A stretch of 64,000 nt of DNA from Flaccisagitta enflata (lineage: Eukaryota), in assembly GCA_965153355.1 (NCBI GenBank), contig OZ231126.1, positions 27,404,001 to 27,468,000 of the forward strand. Direction: 5' to 3'. Each line of letters starts with the position of its first letter. Within the stretch, counting starts at the first letter, position 1. Positions 25,086 to 42,100 of this stretch are shown one piece after another. The translations under genes and the position numbers were made by a program. The notes beneath the pieces were generated by a model. The model ran no database searches. It saw nothing but the letters and a program-made list of their open reading frames with translations, and was not told the origin of the DNA.

Positions 25086-25444
25086 AAATGCCCTCTTTCT
25101 CCTTTTCCTCTTCTTTTTCTTCCCTCTATTTGATTTTTCATTTTTTTTCTTCTTTTTCTCTTTTTTCCTTCGTTTTCGTTTTCCTTTTCCTTTTCCTTTT
25201 CCTTCTCTTTTTCTTTTTTCTTTTTTTACTCTCTCTTCATTCCTTACTTCTCATTCCTTTTCTCCTTTTCCTCCCAAAACCTTCCGACATGCCCCCTTCT
25301 CTTCCAAGCAGCGGCGCTGCACGCTGCAACATAATCAAGACGTCTGCCCTACACTAAATCAGTAAATCCAGTCCCTAACCCTAAACTCAACTAGATGGTT
25401 GCAGCATCAACCTACTTGAAGCCACCTTTAATCACCCATCTACT

Positions 25445-27745
25445 TTAGGGTTAAGGATTTTGTCTAGTTAAGGGTGGGGGATTGGGTTGAGTGAAGGGAC
25501 TGGGCTGAGTTTAGGGCTAGGGACGAGGTTGAGTTTAGGGTGAGGGACTGGGTTGAGTTTAAAATTAGGGACTGGGTTGAGTTTAGGGTTAGGGACTGGG
25601 TTGAGTTTAGGGTTAGGGACTGGGTTGAGTTTAGGGTTAGGGACTGGGTTGAGTTTAGGTTAGGACTGAGTTTAGGTAGGGACCCAAGGAGTTTAGGGCT
25701 AGGGACGAGGTTGAGTTTAGGGTTAGGGACTGGGCTGAGTTTAGGTTAGTGGACTGGGTGAGGGGTGAGGGACTGGGGTTGAGTTTAGGGTTAGGGACTG
25801 GGCTGAGTTTAGGGTTAGGGACTGGGTTGAGTTTAGGGTTAGGGACTGGGTTGAGTTTAGGGTTAGGGACTGGGTTGAGTTTAGGGTTAGGGACTGGGTT
25901 GAGTTTAGGGTTAGGGACTGGGTTGAGTTTAGGGTTAGGGACTGGGTTGAGTGTAGGGTTAGGGACTGGGTTGAGTGTAGGGTTAGGGACTGGGTTGAGT
26001 TTAGGGTTAGGGACTGGGTTGAGTTTAGGGTTAGGGACTGGGTTGAGTTTAGGGTTAGGGACTGGGTTGAGTTTAGGGTTAGGGACTGGGTTGAGTTTAG
26101 GGTTAGGGACTGGGTTGAGTTTAGGGTTAGGGACTGGGTTGAGTTTAGGGTTAGGGACTGGGTTGAGTTTAGGGTTAGGGACTGGGTTGAGTTTAGGGTT
26201 AGGGACTGGGTTGAGTTTAGGGTTAGGGACTGGGTTGAGTTTAGGGTTAGGGACTGGGTTGAGTTTAGTGAAAGGACTGGGCTGAGTTTAGGGTTAGGGA
26301 CTGGGACTTGAGCTTCTAGGGTTAGGACTGGATTGAGTTTAGGGTTGGGGACTGATTGAGCTAGGGTTAGGGACTGGGCTGAGTTTAGGTTAGGGACTGG
26401 GTTGAGTTTAGGTTAGTGACTGGGTTGAGTTTAGGGTTAGTGACTGTCCAGTTTAGGTAAGGGACTGGGCGGGAGTTTAGGGTATGGGACTGGGCTGAGT
26501 TTAGGGTTAGGGACTGCGTGGAGTTTAGGTTAGGGACTGGGTTGAGTTTAGGTTATGGACTGGGTTGAGTGTAGGTTAGGGGACTGCTGAGTGTAGGGTT
26601 AGGGACTGCTGAGGTTAGGGACTGGGTGTGAGTGTAGGGTTAGGGACTGGGTTGAGTGTAGGGGTTAGGACCAAGTTGGAGTGCAGGGCTAGGGGACTGG
26701 GTTGAGTTAAGGTTAGGACTGCTGAGTTTGGCTAGGGACTGGGTTGAGTTTAGGGCTAGGGACTGGGTTGAGCTGTGTTTAGGGACTGGGCTGAGCTTTA
26801 GGTTAGGGACTGGGGCTGAGTTTGAGGTTAGGGACTGGGGGCTGAGTTTAGGTTAGGGACTGGGCTGGGAGCTTCTAGGTTAGGACTGCTGAGTTTAAAG
26901 GTAGGACAAGGGTTGAGTTTAGGTTAGGGACTGGGTTGAGTTTAGGGGTAAGGGACTGGGTTGAGTTTGGTTTAGGGACTGGGTTGAGTTTAGGTTAGGG
27001 ACTGGGCTGAGCTTTAGGGTTAGGACTGGGTTGAGTTTAGGTTAGGACTGCTGAGCTAGTTGGGACTGCTGATGAGGTTAGGGTGCTTGGGCTCTGGGAC
27101 TGAGTTTAGGTTTAGGACTGGGTTGAGTTTAGGGTTGGGACTGCTGAGTTTAGGGTTAGGGACTGGCTGATTTGAGGTTGGGGACTGGGTTGAATTTAGG
27201 TTAGGGACTGGAGCTGAGTTTAGGTTAGGACTGGGCTGGAGTTTGGTAGGTAGTTTAGGTGACTGCTGAGTTTAGGTTAGGGACTGGGTTGAGTTCAGGT
27301 TGGGACTGGGTTGAGTTTGGGGTTAGGGACTGCTGAGTTTAGGTTAACAACTGTTGAGTTTAGGCCAGGGACTGGCTGAGCTTAGGTTTGGGACCATTGA
27401 GTTTGGGGTTAGGGACTGGGTTGAGTTTAGGGTTAGGGACTGGGTTGAGTTTAGGGTTAGGGACTGGGTTGAGTTTAGGGTTAGGGACTAAGTTGAGTTA
27501 AGGGTTAGGGAATGGGCAAAGTTTCTCAATTTTGTCAACGGCAAAGTTTCTCAATTTTTTATGGCAAATTTTCTCAGGCAAAATTTCTCGACTTTGCATA
27601 GGCATAGGCAATGTTTCTTGACTTTGCCATAGGCAAAGTTTCTCAACTTTGCCGTAGGCAAAGTTTTTCAACTTTGCCGTAGGCAAAGTTTCTCATTTTT
27701 GCCGTAGGCAAAGTTTCTCAACTTTGCCATAGTTTCTCAACTGGC
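25445..27745. repeat. 24-bp array GGGTTAGGGACTGGGTTGAGTTTA then 25-bp array (right arm, inverted relative to 22650-23910)
   Basis: Reverse-complement units in mirrored order. Confidence 0.92.
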
Positions 27746-29533
27746 AAGGGTGGTAGGTCGGTTTGGCCAGTTAGCATGCTCAAATGCATATAAATCACAT
27801 ACATATGTTGAGTCCTTCCATTTAGAGACTCCATACCAAATTTCAACCAAATCGGTTGAGAAATGCACGTTTTTCTATTTTAGGCCGGTAGGCTGGTTGG
27901 GCCGGTCGGATCACAAAAATTGGATAGGATGTAAAGCGCCTTACTCTAGTACAACTTCCCACCAAATATGAACCATATCGGTCAAAGCATAAAAAAGTTA
28001 TCCATTTTTTAAAAATGTTTACAACGACGACGACAACAACGACAACGACGACACCCACCCGCCTTGAATTATAGTCTGCGTCGGAATGTTATTCCGTCGC
28101 GGACAAAAAAACCCAGTCACTAACCCTTGACTCAATCCAGTCCCTGACCCAAAACTCAACCCACACCCTAACCCTAAACTCAACCCAGTCCCTAACCCTA
28201 AACTCAACCCAGTTCCTAACCCTAAACTCAACCCAGTTCCTAACCCTAAACTCAACCAGTCCCTAACCCTAAACTCAAACCAGTCCCTAACCCTAAACTC
28301 AACCCAGACCCCAACCCTAAACTCAACCCAGACCCTAACCCTAAACTCAACCCAGTCCCTAACCCTAAACTAAACCCAGTCCCTAACCCTAAACTAAACC
28401 CAGTTCCTAACCCTAAACTCAACTCAGTTCCTAACCCTAAATTCAACTCAGTCCCTAACCCTAAACTCAACCAGTCCCTAACCCTAAACTCAACCAGTCC
28501 CTAACCCTAAACTCAAACCAGTCCCTAACCATAAACTCAAACCCGTCCCTAACCCTAAAGTCAAACCAGTTGCTAAGCCTAAATTCAACCCAGTTGCTAA
28601 GCCTAAATTCAACCCAGTTGCTAAGCCTAAATTCAACCCAGTTGCCAACCCTAAATTCAACCCAGTTGCTAACCCTAAATTCAAGCCAGTTTTTAACCCT
28701 AAACCCAACCCATTCCCTAACCCTGAACTCAACCCAGTCACAAAAATCGGATAGGATGTAAAGCGCCTTACCCTAGTAAAACTTCCCACCAAATATGAAC
28801 CATATTGGTCAAAGCATAAAAAAGTTATCCATTTTTTAAAAGTGTTTACAACGACGACGACAACAACGACAACAACGACACCCACCCGCCTTGAATTATA
28901 GTCCGCGTCGGAATGTTATTCTGTCGCGGACAAAAAAATTGTGGGTGGGGCGGTGGGTGGGGGGCAATAGGCAGGATTGGAAAACTCACTTTTAAGGCAC
29001 TAACCACCGCCCCACCGCCCCACCGGTACAAAAAGAGCAAAGGTACTTAACTTCACCCCAACTTTATAACTTCTTGAATAAGCAATAAAGAAAATGTTTT
29101 AACATTAAAAAACGGTGAGGCATATGAACAGCTAAAATATTTAACTAAGCGAAACATGTTTAGATAAGAACAGCATGAATCACATGCAATAGACAGAACA
29201 GTGAACTATTCAGTTCAAATCAATCTAATTCCCGGCAATCAATTTTTTTTTAATTAAATTCTCACACATAATCTATTCGGCTAATTTGTGATTCTATAAG
29301 TACATTTCATGAGTCACTCGTGAATGGGCACCTAATCCCATGAAATGTATTTATCTAAAATATCTATGTCATTAGGAAGAAATCTCCTGTTGATTCGCCC
29401 ATAAATCGAATAAAAACGTTTTCTAAATATCTAAAAACAGAAACGTGATTGACTTTTGTTGATAAGGAATGAAAGACACGGATCACTGTTCTATCTAAAG
29501 CATAAAGATTGCAGTCACTTATTCAAATATATA

Positions 29534-29658
29534 TTTTTAGTCGCGGACACGCGACTCTACACCTTGGTCTGTCGGTCGGTCCGTCCGTCCGTCCGTTTTG
29601 CGCACTACTGCTCCTGCCCAACTGTCCGCGACTGGATTGCCGTGTATCCGGCCTTGTT
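29534..29658 (+). mobile_element. HINE-like element, family A
   Basis: TTTTAGTCGCGGACACGCGACT start, (GTCC)n, GTCCGCGACT, GCCGTGTATCCGGC hairpin, CTTGTT end; relatives at 40005-40155, 40543-40746, 46302-46444, 52076-52584, 61455-61649. Confidence 0.8.
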
Positions 29659-29869
29659 TTTTTGCCTTCTAGTCAAAAATTCTACAAATTCGAAGGCACA
29701 AGCTAATTAGCTACGTCTAAAGAACAAAACCAAGTAAAATGGTTGTAACGAAACTATGTGACGATTAACTAGGTTTAAACGCATCACCTCAATAAGTAAA
29801 ACCAAAAAAAAAAAGATTTTTAAAAAATTCAGTCTTGTAATGTAGAGTTATTCATCAAAGTCTGACTGG

Positions 29870-30805
29870 GCGAAATAGTCTGACAAGGGAAAAAAGTCTG
29901 ACAAGGGAAAAAAGTCTGGCAAGGGAAAAAAGTCTGGCAAGGGAAAAAAGTCTGGCAAGGGAAAAAAGTCTGGCAAGGGAAAAAAGTCTGGCAAGGGAAA
30001 AAAGTCTGGCAGTGGAAAAAATCTTGCAGGGGAAAGAAATCTTGCAGTGGAAAAAAATCTTGCAGGGAAAAAAGTTTGGCAGGGGGAACAGTCTGGCAGG
30101 CGAAAAAGTCTCGCAGGGTAAAAAAAGTCCGGCAGGGTGTCGTTAAAAACGACTGGAAGCGGTCATGATAGGTCATTACAAAAGTCTGGTTGAGTCATTA
30201 GAAAGTTTGCCATGTCATAAGAAAAGTCTGGCAGCAACTTTGAGAGGTCATTAGAGAAGTCTGGTTGAGTCATTAGAAAAGTCATGAGTCATTAGAAAAG
30301 TCTTGAAGCAGTCAAGAGATGTCATTAGAAAAGTCTGGAAGCAGTCTGGAAAAGTCATTAGAAAGTCCGATTGCGTCATTAGAAAAGTTCATTAGACGTT
30401 CATTAGAACGGAGTCATTAGACGTTCATTAGACGTTCATAAATTTGCAAAAAAAAATTTTGCAAAAAAAAAATTGTGAAAAAAAAATTTGTGAAAAAAAA
30501 AATTTGTAAAAAAAAAATTTGTGAAAAAATAATTTATGAAAAAAAATTTGTGAAAAATTTTTTTGCAAAAACAATTTGTGAAAAAAAAAATTGCGTCATT
30601 AGAAAAGTTCATTAGACATTCATTAGAACGGAGTCATTAGACGTTCATTAGACGTTCATTAGAACAGAGTCATTAGACGTTCATGAGACGTTCATTAGAA
30701 CGGAGTCATTAGAAATAGTTAACGAGGTAGGGACGAGTAACTCAAGGTACGTCATTAGACGTCATTAGAGGTCATTAGAGGTCATTAGACGTCATTAGAA
30801 GTCGT
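29870..30805. repeat. 21-bp array AAAAAAGTCTGGCAAGGG grading into GTCATTAGA arrays
   Basis: Periodicity read directly. Confidence 0.88.
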
Positions 30806-30883
30806 AGGAGACTTTTCATTAGGCAATAAAGATGAAATCAACCAAGACCCGGTTATGTCGATCTTACTTTACTTTCGCCCCAG

Positions 30884-31070
30884 AGGAAAGTGCGCCGGAA
30901 AACTCCATACTAACCAAAGATTACACCAATTCTCCGTTACATCGTTACAAGAAGGCCGGATCGAAGAACTGCGGCAACATTTTCAAGCCCAGCTCCACTC
31001 TTCATCTCTCCAACATCGCCGATGGCGTCACTGAAGATGAACTAGTCCGACCGTTCAAACAATATGGAGA
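30884..31070 (+). CDS. PTBP1: PTB homologue exon, RRM3-4 linker and start of RRM4
   Basis: [42 protein letters not shown] acceptor, GA|GTAAGT donor, phase 1/2. Confidence 0.95.
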
Positions 31071-31261
31071 GTAAGTGTGCAAACTTCTATTGTTGTTAAA
31101 ACTATGGTTTTGAATTTGACGAGTACAAAAAAATAACTGCAGTGTGCAAAGGAGGATTTCATTCACCGATACAAGAAACGAAACTCTAACGTTTTAAGGA
31201 GTGCAGTGTGAAATTAGCACTGCGGCGGAGAGTTAGGTGAACTCTTAGCTGAAATGGTCCT

Positions 31262-31440
31262 CTTCTAACTTTCTTTCTCTCTTTCTTTCTTTCTCTCTTT
31301 CGTTCTTTCTCTCTTTCTTTCTTTTTCTCTTTCTTTCTCTCTTTCTCTCTTTCTTTCTCTCTTTCTTTCTCTCTTTCTTTCTCTCTTTCTTTCTTTCTGT
31401 CTTTCTTTCTTTCTGTCTTTTTTTCTTTTTTTCCTTCTTA
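31262..31440 (+). repeat. (TTTC/TCTC)n pyrimidine tract in the intron splitting RRM4
   Basis: Read directly. Confidence 0.92.
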
Positions 31441-31702
31441 ACCCCCCTTGGCTGGTTACAACTGCCGCACTTTTGCGTTTGCTCGCCGCTTAGCATTATT
31501 ACCATGCTACGCACAATCGGCACCTCTGATTATTATTAAGGGAAATTTTCCACAAAAGTTTTTTAGGATGAACGATTTTTTTTTTGTTTTGAGATAGCAT
31601 TTCGGCTATCTGAGGTCATGAGAGATTGCTTGTCCAAGTTTCAGTGAAAAATCTCAACAACCTCAACAACCTACAGCGTCATCGTATACTCTCATTTGAC
31701 AG

Positions 31703-31828
31703 GGTTGCGCGTTTCAAGTTTTTTGCGGGTACTCAAAAGATGGCGGTGATAGCGATGGCGTCGACGGAAGAAGCCATCGACGCCCTTATCAACATGCACA
31801 ACCATCCATTCAACAAGCAACATCTGAG
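31703..31828 (+). CDS. PTBP1: PTB homologue exon, RRM4
   Basis: FKFFAGTQKMAVIAMASTEEAIDALINMHNH...HLR; phase 2/2. Confidence 0.94.
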
Positions 31829-31984
31829 GTAAAACTGCTGCGTAATCTGAGCGTAAAAGCTAAGCCAGCGTAACGCAATTGACTACAGAGCTTTGTGCTC
31901 AAATACTTATCTAATTAACGAAATTTCGCTAACCCTTCTCTACCTCGCCTCGTTTCCAAAAGAAATATTATTTTTGTTTTTTAG

Positions 31985-32018
31985 GGTCTCTTTCTCAAAA
32001 TCGCCGTTGAAACCCTAA
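31985..32018 (+). CDS. PTBP1: PTB homologue last coding exon (VSFSKSPLKP stop)
   Basis: TTTTAG acceptor; completes HLRVSFSKS, the PTB C-terminus; TAA at 32016-32018. Confidence 0.93.
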
Positions 32019-33159
32019 GGATCTCTCAGAGCGAAACTCTTGGGGGAGACTCTGCCCTAACATTCTACTTTCGTTGTCTTTCATTTCTCATATCTTCGAC
32101 TCTGATGATTACGTAGACTAGTTAAAATGTTACTTATACGTTCCAGTATCTATTTATTTACGTCTATTTACGTTTCTCCGCGTATAAATGATTTTGCACC
32201 AAAAAAAGAATTATTTATTTCATACGATTGATTGAAATTCGCGTTGGAAGAATTTAATTCATGTGATAGCGAAATGAACAAAACTGATAGTTGTACAGTT
32301 TGCAACTAAAACTCCTCACCCAGATTCAGTTTGTTAGTTCGGTTACTCAATCGCGTGGGTAAGATGACGAGGACCAGACCGCGAGATAATGAAAAATTTG
32401 GACCGACGTCCTTAGGCGCCTAACAAGGAAAGACCGTGAAAGTTTCTACGGCGGACTCATGATTTGGATTCTTCGTTCCGTCAGATCATGATCAGATGCA
32501 GTTGCTTCTATGGCTTAAAGCTAGATGAGACATCACCACCAGCAGGGCGATGCCTTATAGATTCTGAAATCCAAAATCCTTCATGCTAGTGCTCTTTCAA
32601 TGGCCACTTGAATCTTGGTTTGAAAGGGAAACTGACAGCTTAATTACGCAACTTAAAGCAGTTGACGATTTTCTCGTCCCCTCCTTCCTTCCATCCCATG
32701 TCGTTCTGCAAGCCGATCTTCCCTCTGCTGTGAGTAGCTTGGAGTGTCACTATGTCACTCTCCGCCCGACAGTCTTTTGTTTGCGCATTTCATTTCGTAC
32801 CATTGTCATGTCCAAGTCGGTCCGCTTGTCTGTTATGGTAATTTAGTGCGCCAAAGCAATTTTACCAGTAAACGCGGTATTAAAGATAGATCGCCAAGTT
32901 AGCCTTTGATCGTGGTTCAGTGACAGTCATAACATGCACAAGCTGCAGACCTGTTCGCCGAGTCTTCTCCACTGTCTGAGCCTCCCCATGGGTGCCTGAC
33001 TAACAGTACAGGCCCTCTTTGTGCACGTTGCGACCGGAATGCTCCTCGACTGCGGCGGACGGCCAACTCCTCATCCGTCTTCGGCTAACTTGATAGCTGG
33101 AGATTGTTTCTATTTCATTGTCTTACATTATCCCTCCTTCTTATCTTGGAGAGATGGGA

Positions 33160-33634
33160 GAAAGAGATTAACTAACAATATGCGACGTTGTCGTTTGATT
33201 TAATGATTACTATTAAAAACCCCATTTCATCTACACTCCTCATTCAATCAATCGTGAAAGCTATCTTGCCAACACAAGAAAACAGCATATGATGACAGAA
33301 GCAGCTTAATCACTCATACGACACCAGAGTGGCCAAAATGGAAAGGAGCTAATGCTCATATTATAAACTTCAGATAGTTATGAAAGAACGTAATTAATCA
33401 TCCCATCAATCTAAAATATTGCGAAAATGATTCTTCTAAAAGCTACTATTGTCGACAAATCTATACAGCTAATAAGATTAATCCTGTAAATTTTTAAAAG
33501 CTAATCGTAAGTTAAGATACAGATGATCTAAGAACAGGACATGTGGAAATACACTACACAGGGGCTGTTTCTGTTTACATGGATTAAATACTAGAGTTCT
33601 TGAAAAGCTGGATGCCTAAATTACTCTATTACAG
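33160..33634 (+). repeat. Dispersed direct repeat, copy 1 (copy 2 at about 45107-45633)
   Basis: Colinear similarity from GAAAGA..ATGCGACGTTGTCGTTTGATTTAATG to TTACTCTATTACAG. Confidence 0.88.
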
Positions 33635-34121
33635 GGATTCACCCTCCCTAGAAAGCAGTCCCTGCGTCCAACTTCCCACCAAAGGGATTTCAAAGTAAAA
33701 AGAGTAATTTAAAGTCACACCAGGCCACATCTGCACCCTTATTAACTGCATCAAAACTTCCATCAACACTTATTTGTCAAACTGTTAATCAAGACAAGTG
33801 CGGGATAGTTCACGCATAATTGCGGCCAGGATTTGCCGCCAAAAATGCAGCTGGGATTCGCCCCTGAAAATGTGGTTGGGATTCGCCATCGGAAATGTGG
33901 TTGGGATTCGCCACTGGAATGATGACGGAGATGGCCCCCACCAAGGATTGGTGAAGTGTTGTGAACAGGAAGGCGAGGCTACAGCCAAGGACCCCGTGAC
34001 ATCACCGGAAAAGGAAAACGTTATGCTGCATCAGGAAGTGAAGAATCGTACAGGGTCTTCAATCTCATTTGACACGAAAAGAACCTATATTGCGCAAAAA
34101 CTAATTTATCTTTCAGTGTGA

Positions 34122-38008
<3,887 letters not shown>

Positions 38009-39134
38009 CTTCATAAAAGCACTATGTATGATATTTTTTGTATAAAAATTTCATGGGACTGGGTCTTGAAGTTTGGCAGCAATTTGAAGCTGTTCAGTGA
38101 ATTCAACAAAAAATGCTGTTTTCTAGCTACTATTGACTTAGAAAATGCTTTAAATTCAAAGTGATCTGAATCACAGATGTTTGATTCCAATCAAGTGATA
38201 GATAATAACACCCCAAAGTTAGAAATAGTCAGGTTTTGTCATATAACTTTGAATTTCAAGCAAAAACTTTTAAAATTTAGGCAAAATTCTTACAAAGACC
38301 TACTGCAATTGAGTTTTTTTCTAAAAAAAGTGAAATGGCTGAATATGATGAGATTTCAAAGGACTTTTTTTTGCAAATACAAAAACTAGATGAAATTATC
38401 TGCAATTATAGACCAATCTCACATTTGTAGCTCAAAGCGTTTTAAAATGAGAGCAGTTTGAAGATGAAAGGTCTAAATGTTAAAGTCAAACAGAACCGCC
38501 CATCTCATTATGACATCTTACTCTTAAAAATGGAATATCTCCGAAGCCAATTGACCCAGTAGTATGAAATTTGGACACAAAAAACATCTATAGTGCTTTT
38601 ATAAGAAAAGAAAATCAAACAAAAAAGTTGATTCATTTTTGCACAATATAGTTTTTGTCCCCGACGAACAGTTTTCGTCGGTGACTATGTGATAGCAGTG
38701 ATGCGTTGTCTGTTGTTGATGTTCGTTTAAAACCTTCTCATATCTTTTGAACCAGACCTCAGAAGTTCATGAAATTTTACCAGTCTTATTTTTATGTCAA
38801 TGGGAGCTTGTGTACCTTGTGTACCAGTTTTCATAGGTAGAGGGTAGTAAAAGTTTATGAATTTTTTTTTAATTTGGTATACAAGCAGAGGGTAGTAAAT
38901 AAACAACCCCTGCAAAATTCGAATTGAATCTGAGGTCTGGTTCCTGAGATATTAGATTATTTATGTAGTAGTATGTTGCTAGGACTTAGTCAATTTACAT
39001 AGGCAAAGGGTAGTAAAGGTATGTGAATCTTTTTCTAATTTGGTACACAAGTAGAGGGTAGTAATTAACTAACCCCTGCAAAATTCGAATTAAATCTGAA
39101 TTCTGGTTTATATGAGATATTAGCTTATTTAAGT

Positions 39135-42100
39135 TAATTTATTTCTCGAACCCACCTTTTTTGGAAAATTGGTACCAAAAAAGGTGGATTAGACCAATAT
39201 GAAGGTGGGGAACACGCTGGTGAGGTCAAAAATTGCGAAAAACGCCATCTTATGGTGGCGCATTCCACCTCAGGCCCCGCATCGAGCATTTTTTGCATTT
39301 TTAGTCATATTTTGGCCTATAATCGAGAAAATTTTTAGGAAAAAGGCAAGAAAATGAGTTAATGAGCACTCTGCATGTTTGTTCTAAGTACATTCACTCT
39401 TGCTGTTACCTTACAGACCACCTCGATTCATTTGAGGGCCCCGCTTCGCGCATAAATGACGCATTTTGCTCATTTTTTGGGTAATTCTTAGATTCAAACT
39501 ACAAAAAACAACTGAATTTGCTTTAGTATCAGGTATTAGACGTCGGGAAATTATCAATTAGTCAAGCAAACCTCTCAACCACCGGCTTAAAAGATGACCA
39601 GATGTGTTGTTATGATATAACGATCATAAAAAGTCCTTAACATTTAATATCCTATCAACGGAGAAAATAATGCGTCAAGTACTACAAGCCAGACTAAATT
39701 CATTAACTTCTAAGGCAAATCTTTCGACAAATTCGTCTATCTCTGCAATACCTCATATTTCTTTGGCAAAAAATCTGTATTTCCGAGCAAAGCTGTTGTA
39801 ATTTTCTACATAGAATCCAAATCTGGCGTCCAAAATGAGTTTGACTGACGCTAGATGGCGCAAAATGACGCTTTTTATTGGCGCGTCACTTTCGGTTATG
39901 GTGAAATTGTTTTTTTGGATGTAATTCAGACCATGCGCATAAGAGAAAGTGTTTACCTTTACGATTCCAGGTGGTACAAACCCACAGTCACTGAAGAAGC
40001 CAGCTTTTTAGTCGCGGAAACGCGACTCTACACCTTGCCGTGTCGGTCGGTATGTCTGTCGGTCGGTCCGAAATATTTTTAGATTGTGAGCGGATTTCGC
40101 ATTACTGCTCCTGCCGCACCGTCCGCGACTGGATTGCCATGTATCCGGCCTTGTTTGGATACCATCCATGTCAAGCGACGTCACTTTCAGTTTAAAAAAA
40201 TATTTTTCGCAAAGTAGATTGACAAAAATGTAAGGCTTAAGGATGTATGGCGCAACGACAGTTTACACTGGGTTACGATATCCTCACACGTGTACACTAA
40301 TCAACTGACTGACGCAGAGTTACGATATCCTTGTGTTTACACTATCTAACTGATTGTAAGACAGACAGACTGACTGACAGACAGACAGACAGACACAGAT
40401 TGACGGACAGACAGACAAACTGACAAACAAAGCTTTTGAAGGTCGCAAGTATGTAACAAAAAGCCTTCAACACTATTTGATGATTAAAGCCTTATATCCA
40501 GTTTCCGTTACAAAAAAAAAAGAACAAATGAATTGTAATACATTTTTAGTCGCGTGCTACGCGACTCTACATCCCGCTTTGTCCATCGGTTGGTTGATCA
40601 GTCGGTCAGTTGGTCTATCACATTTTGATTTTTTTAATGATTTTTATTCTTTGACCCTACTGCTCCAGCCCAAATAGACTGGTGACCTCAAATATGGCCC
40701 TGGCCCACCTGCACGCGATTGGGGTAGCCATGTATATGGCCTTGTTTTTCTAAGTTTCATCAAAATTTGAACAGTATTTCAAGATTTCATCAGTATTTCA
40801 TTGGATGTGAATGAATTAAACGTCCAAAACATTAGTTAAAATACAAACACAGAATACAAAACACAAAACAATCAAAGCAGCGACCACACTTTTTGACCTT
40901 ATGCTTGTTTAAGTCCTTTTGGGCAGCGGCCCCGAAGGACCCATGTCCTGTAGAACACTGGGGTGACTTTCCTTATGTCCATCCATATGTCCATTCGTCC
41001 ATCTGTCCTACTAATCGCTCTCCAAGGCCTCTCAGGCCCCAAATCTGGCTCTTAAAGGCCTGAAATCAGTTCTTAGATGCCCAAATCAACTCTCTCAAGT
41101 CCAAAATCGGCTCCCTCAGATCCAAAATCTACCTAGTTAGACCAAAAATCAGTTACCATGGGCCCAAAATCAGCCCTCTTGTACGCCCCGGGGCTCTCAC
41201 ATCGGGCTTCTGCCTTTTTGGGCAGAGGCCCTAAAAGGCTGATGTCCTTTAGGACACAGGGGGGAATTTCCAGACGTTTGTCCGTCCTTCCGTCCCCCCC
41301 CCTTTTGGCCATCGAGGCCTCAAATCTTCTCAGGCCTGATTTAGGCCCTCTCAGCCCTAAAATCAGCGCTCCAGGCCTTAAATCAGCTCTCCAGGCTTCA
41401 AATCAGCTCTCCAGGCCTCAAATCAGCTCTTAAGGCCTCAAATCAGCTCTCCAGGCCTCAAATCTGCCCCTCAGGATTGCCACCAGACCTCGAATCTAAT
41501 CTTCAGGCCTAAAATATTTCCCCCAGATCTCAAATCCCGCTTCAATTACCTCTTGGGCCTGATATATTACCCCTCAGGACGTCTGGAAATTCCCCCCTGT
41601 GTCCTTCAAGACATTGGCTCTTTGAGGCCGCTGCCCTGCTCTCACTCCACTATTTCATTTGATCACTCCAAGCATATTTTGAGGATTTTTATATTCACGA
41701 ATATCAACTGTCTCACAAGGGAGTGAGCGAATTGAGTGAGGCCATGAATGGAGCGAGCGAGCAAAGCAGAGTGCTGTAGAGCAAGTGAGCGGAGTGAGCG
41801 GTGCAAGCAAACAAGCGTAGCGAGCGACAGAGTGGCCCATTAAAAACATGATTGTCACATATAGAAACACACCCTCAAGACTGTCATTCTCTGTCTGTCC
41901 GTCTCAAAGTCGCGCTTATTCTTTAGTCCAAGTACGCAAATGTGTAATTTCAACCGCCAGTTGTTGTATATAAGATTTTGTTTACCTACAATAAGTTGGA
42001 TCAAAGCTGATGGCATGATATAAATACCTATACCCTTTAATTTGTGTAAAAGATGTTCTCATTTTTACTCGTTGGTTAATTACACCATAATTATTCGAAT

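Larger units (their letters stand above)
14101..30865 (+). mobile_element. Giant composite element (probable HINE/Helentron derivative) filling the RRM3-RRM4 intron
   Basis: TCGACATAACCGG at 14104-14116 and its reverse complement at 30849-30861, backed by inverted CTAATGACGTCTAATGAC / GTCATTAGACGTCATTAG arrays. Confidence 0.6.

Noticed and set aside
26285-27410. Biologically degenerate zone of the 24-mer array
   Set aside because: Dense one-base indels between clean blocks look like uncorrected long-read error; the same caution applies to about 43520-43740
25749-27500. True telomere or chromosome-fusion site
   Set aside because: Units are 24-mers rather than (TTAGGG)n, lie in an intron, and occur inside transposons
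32340-33170. GC-richer stretch possibly a LINE or gene remnant
   Set aside because: No convincing domain in the frames I read; needs tblastx
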